A stretch of 64,000 nt of DNA, from the NCBI GenBank assembly GCA_050732995.1, contig JBOHSA010000095.1:1471-65470 (forward strand), written 5' to 3'. The notes under the pieces were generated by a model, which was not told the DNA's origin, ran no database searches, and was given only the letters and a program-made list of their open reading frames with translations. Shown piece after piece: positions 61,817 through 64,000 of the stretch. This stretch comes from Gemmatimonadales bacterium (lineage in GTDB: Bacteria; Gemmatimonadota; Gemmatimonadetes; Gemmatimonadales; GWC2-71-9). Numbering within the stretch: the first letter of the stretch is position 1; each line of letters begins with the position of its first letter. The position numbers and the translations under genes were made by a program.

Positions 61817-63090
61817 GTCCCTTCACCCCTGGGCCCCCCAGCCCTTCCCACCCGCTGCAGCAACGCCAGCCCCAAGACGAACAGCCCCCCCACGGCCAAC
61901 ACCGCCGCCCGCTGGTTGCCGCCGGTGGCGCGCGACACGGTGCCGAAGATCAGGGGTCCCAGCACGGCCGAGGACTTCCCGACCACCGCGTAGAATCCGA
62001 ACATCTCCGCTTCCTTGCCGTGCGGGATCAGGGACGCCATTAGCGCGCGGCTCGCGGCCTGTACCGTGCCGAGCTGTGTGCCCGCGACCACGGCCACGGC
62101 GTAGAACACGGTCTGGCTCCGGATCAGCGCGGCCGCGATCGCGACGCCCACCCAGACGGCGAGGCTCAGCGTGATCACCCGCTTGGGGCCCCAGCGGTCG
62201 GTCGGCCGGGCGAGGACGAGCGCGCCGACCAACGCGGAGACCTGGACCACGATGAACATGAGAATCAGCTGGGCCGTGCTGAAGCCGAGGGTCTTGGCGG
62301 CGTAGAGGCTCGCGAAATAGATCGTGGTCTCGACCCCGTCGATGTACACGAAATAGGCCGCGAGGAACCGGCGCAGCTCGCCCACGCCCAGCACGTCGCC
62401 CCAGATGCGCCGGAAGTGCGTGACGCCGTCGATCGCCGCGCGCCGCGCCGGCACGCCGGTCGGCGCGTCGGCGGGCATGACCCGGAAGATCGGCACGGAG
62501 AAGACCACGAGGAACAGCGCGACCATCAGCCAGGTCAGCTCGAACCGGCCCGCGTTGACGAGCGGCAGCGCCAGCAACAGCCCGACGGTGGACCCGGCGT
62601 AGCCGATGCCGTACCCGAGTCCCGAGACCTCTCCCCGGCGCTCGGGCGGCGCCACATCGGGGAGATAGGCGTTGTAGTAGACGATCCCGCCCTCGAACCC
62701 GACGTTGGCCAGCACGGCCAATACGAAACCCCAGAGGATCATGCCCGGCTGGATCGTGCTGAACAAGGTGACACTGAGGACGCAGAGATAGGTGAACGCG
62801 AACAGCATCCGCTTGCGGACGCCCGCCCGATCAGCCACCGCCCCCAGCACGGGCGAGGTGAGCGCCACGATGATCATCGACGCGGACACGACCCAGCCCC
62901 ACACCTGGTCGCCGCGCCCCGTTTCGTTCCCGACGATGTTCTGCGCGAAGTAGACGCTGAAGATCGTCGCGATGATCACCGCCGCGTAGGCGGAGTTCGC
63001 GAAATCGTAGAGACACCAGGCCAGGACTCGGCGGCGATCCAGAGCAGGACGGGGGAGGATGGGGGAGGACGGGGACGGGGCGTCGGGCAC
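61813..63090 (-). CDS. MFS transporter (UMF1/Atg22-like family)
   Basis: 425 aa, about 12 TM. The N-terminal RRVLAWCLYDFANSAYAAVIIATIFSVYF is characteristic of UMF1-type MFS. The Pro/Ser-rich N-terminus is encoded by GGGGGAGGAY decamers on the opposite strand. Confidence 0.82.
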   Translation of the reverse strand: MPDAPSPSSPILPRPALDRRRVLAWCLYDFANSAYAAVIIATIFSVYFAQNIVGNETGRGDQVWGWVVSASMIIVALTSPVLGAVADRAGVRKRMLFAFTYLCVLSVTLFSTIQPGMILWGFVLAVLANVGFEGGIVYYNAYLPDVAPPERRGEVSGLGYGIGYAGSTVGLLLALPLVNAGRFELTWLMVALFLVVFSVPIFRVMPADAPTGVPARRAAIDGVTHFRRIWGDVLGVGELRRFLAAYFVYIDGVETTIYFASLYAAKTLGFSTAQLILMFIVVQVSALVGALVLARPTDRWGPKRVITLSLAVWVGVAIAAALIRSQTVFYAVAVVAGTQLGTVQAASRALMASLIPHGKEAEMFGFYAVVGKSSAVLGPLIFGTVSRATGGNQRAAVLAVGGLFVLGLALLQRVGRAGGPRGEGT

Positions 63091-63137
63091 GCGCCGAAGA
63101 TGGCCTTCTCAAACCGCAGGCGCTAGCTTGTCCCGCC

Positions 63138-63386
63138 GTGCCCTGGTTCGTGTATCTCCTCCGCTGCCGGGACGGGTCGCTCTACACCGGGATCACTAAC
63201 AACCTCACGCGGCGGCTCGCCGCCCACCGGGCGGGCGCGGCGAGCGCGTACACCCGGTCGCGCCTCCCCCTGCGCCTGGTCTACCGCGAGCGCCAGCCCG
63301 ATCGCGCCGCCGCCTTGCGCCGGGAAGCGGCCATCAAACGGCTCCCGCGAGGGGCGAAGCTGGCGCTCGTGCGCCGGACGCAATGA
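63138..63386 (+). CDS. GIY-YIG domain protein (YhbQ/UPF0213-like small nuclease)
   Basis: WFVYLLRCRDGSLYTGITNNLTRRLAAHRAG...E..IK: GIY-YIG motifs (FVYLL / LYTGIT) and conserved R/E. GTG start. Confidence 0.8.
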   Translation: MPWFVYLLRCRDGSLYTGITNNLTRRLAAHRAGAASAYTRSRLPLRLVYRERQPDRAAALRREAAIKRLPRGAKLALVRRTQ

Positions 63387-64000
63387 GGTCGCGCGACCTG
63401 GTCGTCGGCGGGGTCGCGCTGCTCGTCGCCGCTGGGTGCGTCCGGCTCGGCTTCTGGCAGCTCGATCGGCTGGGCCAGCGTCGCGCCCGGAACGCCGAGG
63501 TGTGGGCGCGCCGGGCCCTGCCGCCGATCACGCTCGCCGGAACGGGCCTCCCGGTGGCCGCGGACAGCGTCCGCGATCGACGGATGATCGCGCGCGGGGT
63601 GTTCGATTACGCGCGCGAGCGCGTATGGCGCGGCCGCACGTACGACGGCGTGCCCGGGGTGGCGCTCGTCACCCCGCTGCGCCTGGCCGACGGATCGGCG
63701 GTGTGGGTGGATCGCGGGTGGGCCCCGTCGCCCGACGCCGCGCGGGTGGACCAGGTCGCCTACCGGGAGGGCGATTCGGCCGTCGTGGAGGGCGTAGGGA
63801 TGCGAGCGCCGCGCGGACGCGGCGATGTGGACCCTGATGGCCTGCGAGACTCGCTGCCCTATCGGAGCCTGCCATTCGTCATCCTTCGGACGGACGCCGT
63901 GCGGGCGTCCGCCGACGCCCATCCGCTCCGCTGGTCCCCGCCGGCGCTGGGCAACGGCCCGCATCTGTCCTATGCGATCCAGTGGTTCAGCTTCGCCGTG
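63383..64000 (+). CDS. SURF1-family cytochrome oxidase assembly protein (3' end beyond the window)
   Basis: Absent from the ORF track (no stop in window). My translation from ATG 63383 (ATGA overlap with the GIY-YIG stop) reads MRSRDLVVGGVALLVAAGCVRLGFWQLDRLGQRRARN...GVALVTPLRLADGSAVWVDRGWAP...GPHLSYAIQWFSFAV, which carries SURF1 hallmarks (GFWQL.R, V.RGW, HL.YA.QWF). Confidence 0.8.
   Translation, partial: MRSRDLVVGGVALLVAAGCVRLGFWQLDRLGQRRARNAEVWARRALPPITLAGTGLPVAADSVRDRRMIARGVFDYARERVWRGRTYDGVPGVALVTPLRLADGSAVWVDRGWAPSPDAARVDQVAYREGDSAVVEGVGMRAPRGRGDVDPDGLRDSLPYRSLPFVILRTDAVRASADAHPLRWSPPALGNGPHLSYAIQWFSFAV

Noticed and set aside
63138-63386. GIY-YIG protein as a homing endonuclease or mobile element
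   Set aside because: It is only 82 aa and has no DNA-binding extension, intron or intein context. It is translationally coupled (ATGA) to a SURF1 gene. It matches the small stand-alone YhbQ-like class rather than mobile homing endonucleases.
1-64000. Searched for tRNA, rRNA, transposase, integrase, phage, toxin-antitoxin or known defence-system genes
   Set aside because: No intergenic segment has a tRNA-like cloverleaf or rRNA-like sequence that I could recognise. No translated ORF shows DDE/tyrosine-recombinase, nuclease-helicase, TIR, Sir2, STAND or similar defence hallmarks. Absence by eye is not proof, and an HMM scan (e.g. PADLOC or DefenseFinder) would settle it.

Overview
High-GC (roughly 70% by eye) chromosomal segment from a Gram-negative-type bacterium. 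It encodes TonB-dependent and beta-barrel outer-membrane proteins, many lipoproteins and PD40/BNR beta-propellers; a Gemmatimonadota/Acidobacteriota-like origin is only my guess. I support about 58 protein-coding genes, mostly housekeeping or environmental functions arranged in short operons joined by 4-nt stop/start overlaps. These include sigma/anti-sigma, two-component and sigma-54 signalling, c-di-GMP cyclases, peptidases, oxidoreductases, transporters, and TetR/MarR/GntR/BlaI regulators. I found no rRNA, tRNA, CRISPR array, transposase, integrase or recognisable phage/defence gene. Six points deserve a second look. (1) An intact lipoprotein homologue of animal lysyl oxidase sits in a zone of gene remnants. 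(2) Five genes are disrupted: three internal deletions whose junctions read in both frames, one frameshifted and truncated antiporter, and a BlaR1-like sensor broken exactly at a C10 homopolymer. (3) A recurrent family of G-run/A-spaced tracts and GGGGAGGAC-type decamer arrays occurs in intergenic DNA and in frame inside many genes. (4) An uncharacterised operon encodes a Vgb-like propeller, a CXXCH protein and a methyltransferase. (5) A six-gene YtrA-type GntR/ABC operon contains paralogous unknown membrane proteins. (6) A predicted sigma-54 promoter with upstream palindromes lies directly downstream of an enhancer-binding protein gene. Everything here comes from reading the sequence and recalling protein families; no searches were run.
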